This document shows positions 5,479 to 6,439 of a stretch of DNA of 6,439 nucleotides, one piece after another; position 1 is the first letter of the stretch; each line of letters starts with the position of its first letter. The stretch covers positions 1 through 6,439 of the forward strand of contig JAHQXC010000071.1 in the NCBI GenBank assembly GCA_029856525.1. Direction: 5' to 3'. The notes beneath the pieces are model-generated. The model was not told where the DNA came from. It saw only the letters and a list, made by a program, of their open reading frames with translations, and did not search any database. The position numbers were made by a program, and so were the translations under genes. Source of the stretch: Candidatus Odinarchaeia archaeon (lineage in GTDB: Archaea > Asgardarchaeota > Odinarchaeia > Odinarchaeales > Odinarchaeaceae).

Positions 5479-5670
5479 CCAGCCTCCTTTAATGGATAGG
5501 CTCCCCCACGCTTCATTCAATCCCGTCAATCTTCCATGAAAGCTTGCACGCTCAAGTGAAGATGATATAAAGTGCTCGAATATAATCGAGTATAACGGTC
5601 AACCTAGTGGCTTAAACACTCTACCTGTTCGAAGCTGAAAACACCGCATCATTTATGAGCTGGCGGGTAC
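5479..5670. ncRNA. Candidate structured non-coding RNA or regulatory UTR (family and strand undetermined)
   Basis: No credible protein-coding ORF. 88/192 nt are G+C (46%), versus 26/111 (23%) in the 2481-2591 spacer and 10/50 (20%) in 5671-5720. Several local hairpins and a potential terminal CCAGC/GCTGG pairing. Confidence 0.35.
5643..5659 (+). promoter_or_regulatory. BRE-TATA-like element upstream of the 5721 gene
   Basis: ACCGCATCA-TTTATGAG has the same ACCG-N5-TTTA spacing as P1/P2 but a weaker TATA. Predicted start about 5683. Confidence 0.35.
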
Positions 5671-5720
5671 ATATAGAAAATAAGCTAATAGTAGACTAAT
5701 AATTATTATATGGTGGTATT

Positions 5721-6068
5721 ATGGTTGAAGAGGTTCAGCCATTATTTTTTGAAGTATACAGCCTAGAAGATCTTGTAAGATTAGCTATCAGCGTTGTACT
5801 TCCCGCTCCAACCCAGATCTTTCATTATAAGGAGGGCGACAGCCACATATATTTTTGTTTAATCCCTGTTTTAGGATTAACAGGAGCTAAACCTGTGCCA
5901 GCCGTATATTACTGTAAAACTTTAAAAGAGGTTAAAGGACCATACGCTCTTATAAAAAGCGACGGTGAACCTGAGCAGGTAGAATTCGCTGATAGCACTA
6001 AGAGAGGGTGGCATGCGACTGTTATAGTAAATCTTAAAAAAATACCAGAGTCATTTAAATTCTCTTAA
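5721..6068 (+). CDS. Conserved archaeal hypothetical protein (resembles the uncharacterised TACK-type 'cren protein' family)
   Basis: 115 aa. The pattern EVxSLEDLVRLA...HIYF...VYY...YALIK...E.VEFADSTKRGW...IVNLKK.P resembles a small uncharacterised cren/thaumarchaeal family as recalled. GGTGGT SD-like at 5712-5717. Confidence 0.75.
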   Translation: MVEEVQPLFFEVYSLEDLVRLAISVVLPAPTQIFHYKEGDSHIYFCLIPVLGLTGAKPVPAVYYCKTLKEVKGPYALIKSDGEPEQVEFADSTKRGWHATVIVNLKKIPESFKFS

Positions 6069-6439
6069 TCCACCTTCTTTTTAACAATAACTCCTGTGCC
6101 ATTTTTCACATTTCGCAGTAAATCGAATGGAGGGATAAGCCTCCCGCAGAGATTAACCTCAGAGTAAGGCTGGGTAGCTCCGAAGAAAATGCATAAAGCA
6201 TCCCCCATAGGCCAGTAAGCTATATCTCCTGCGCTTACAGTTTTAACAGGCTTCTCTCTCCCAAGATTCACACCAGCTTTGAAATAAATTTCCTCACCGT
6301 AAAGACTCGCTTTACCTTTTATAGGAAGCTTATAATATAAGGCTTCAACAGTACGCGGAGCTTTAGTTCTTATAAGCTCCCCTGACACAACACCCACACC
6401 TATAAATTCTATAGAAATAGGGTAGACATTAACCTCAGT
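6065..6439 (-). CDS. Cyclophilin-like fold protein (DUF369/TM1367-like), 5'-partial
   Basis: Signature APRTVEAL...LPI.G.A..YGEEIYF...GDIAYWPMGDALCIFFG.TQPYS.VN..G. The frame stays open upstream of the GTG at 6397 to the window edge (TEVNVYPISIEFIG...), so the true start is probably outside the window. Stop overlaps the stop of the convergent 5721-6068 gene. Confidence 0.88.
   Translation of the reverse strand, partial: TEVNVYPISIEFIGVGVVSGELIRTKAPRTVEALYYKLPIKGKASLYGEEIYFKAGVNLGREKPVKTVSAGDIAYWPMGDALCIFFGATQPYSEVNLCGRLIPPFDLLRNVKNGTGVIVKKKVD

Noticed and set aside
5265-5516. 83-aa minus strand ORF
   Set aside because: Overlaps the Zn-ribbon ORF, which has a clear CxxC pair, an SD and matching orientation. 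This translation has no motif.
5621-5650. GTTCGA (5627-5632) resembling a tRNA T-loop
   Set aside because: The flanks do not form a T-stem, and no D-arm, anticodon arm or acceptor stem is present on either strand.
5479-5700. Box C/D or U3-like words (minus-strand ATGATG, GAGCGTG, TTTTCTATA; plus-strand ATGATA and CTGA)
   Set aside because: Boxes are degenerate, spacing does not fit archaeal C/D guides or U3, and the minus strand has no terminal CUGA. RNase P and SRP RNA signatures are also absent.
1-6439. CRISPR array, IS element, prophage or defence genes
   Set aside because: No regularly spaced direct repeats, and no transposase, integrase or Cas-like ORFs were seen.

Overview
AT-rich archaeal chromosomal window, most likely from an Asgard archaeon. 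This is inferred from two eukaryotic-signature-like genes (a longin/uDENN-like protein and an OST5/TMEM258-like microprotein) sitting among typical archaeal information genes. Gene order: partial acidic helical protein (+), longin-like protein with a duplicated winged-helix module (+), MFS transporter (-), replication factor C large subunit (-), a 241-bp divergent intergenic region, a somewhat divergent TFB (+), OST5/TMEM258-like two-helix membrane protein (+), small Zn-ribbon protein (+), an ORF-free and relatively GC-rich ~190-bp region, a conserved archaeal hypothetical protein (+), and a cyclophilin-like-fold (DUF369-type) protein (-) that runs off the right edge. The most unusual sequence-level signal is a 96-nt, 38-pair imperfect hairpin between rfcL and tfb, flanked by tandem and convergent BRE-TATA-like elements. 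A candidate structured ncRNA at 5479-5670 is the second. No mobile element, CRISPR array, tRNA or rRNA is supported. All family assignments come from motif recognition by eye, not from database searches.
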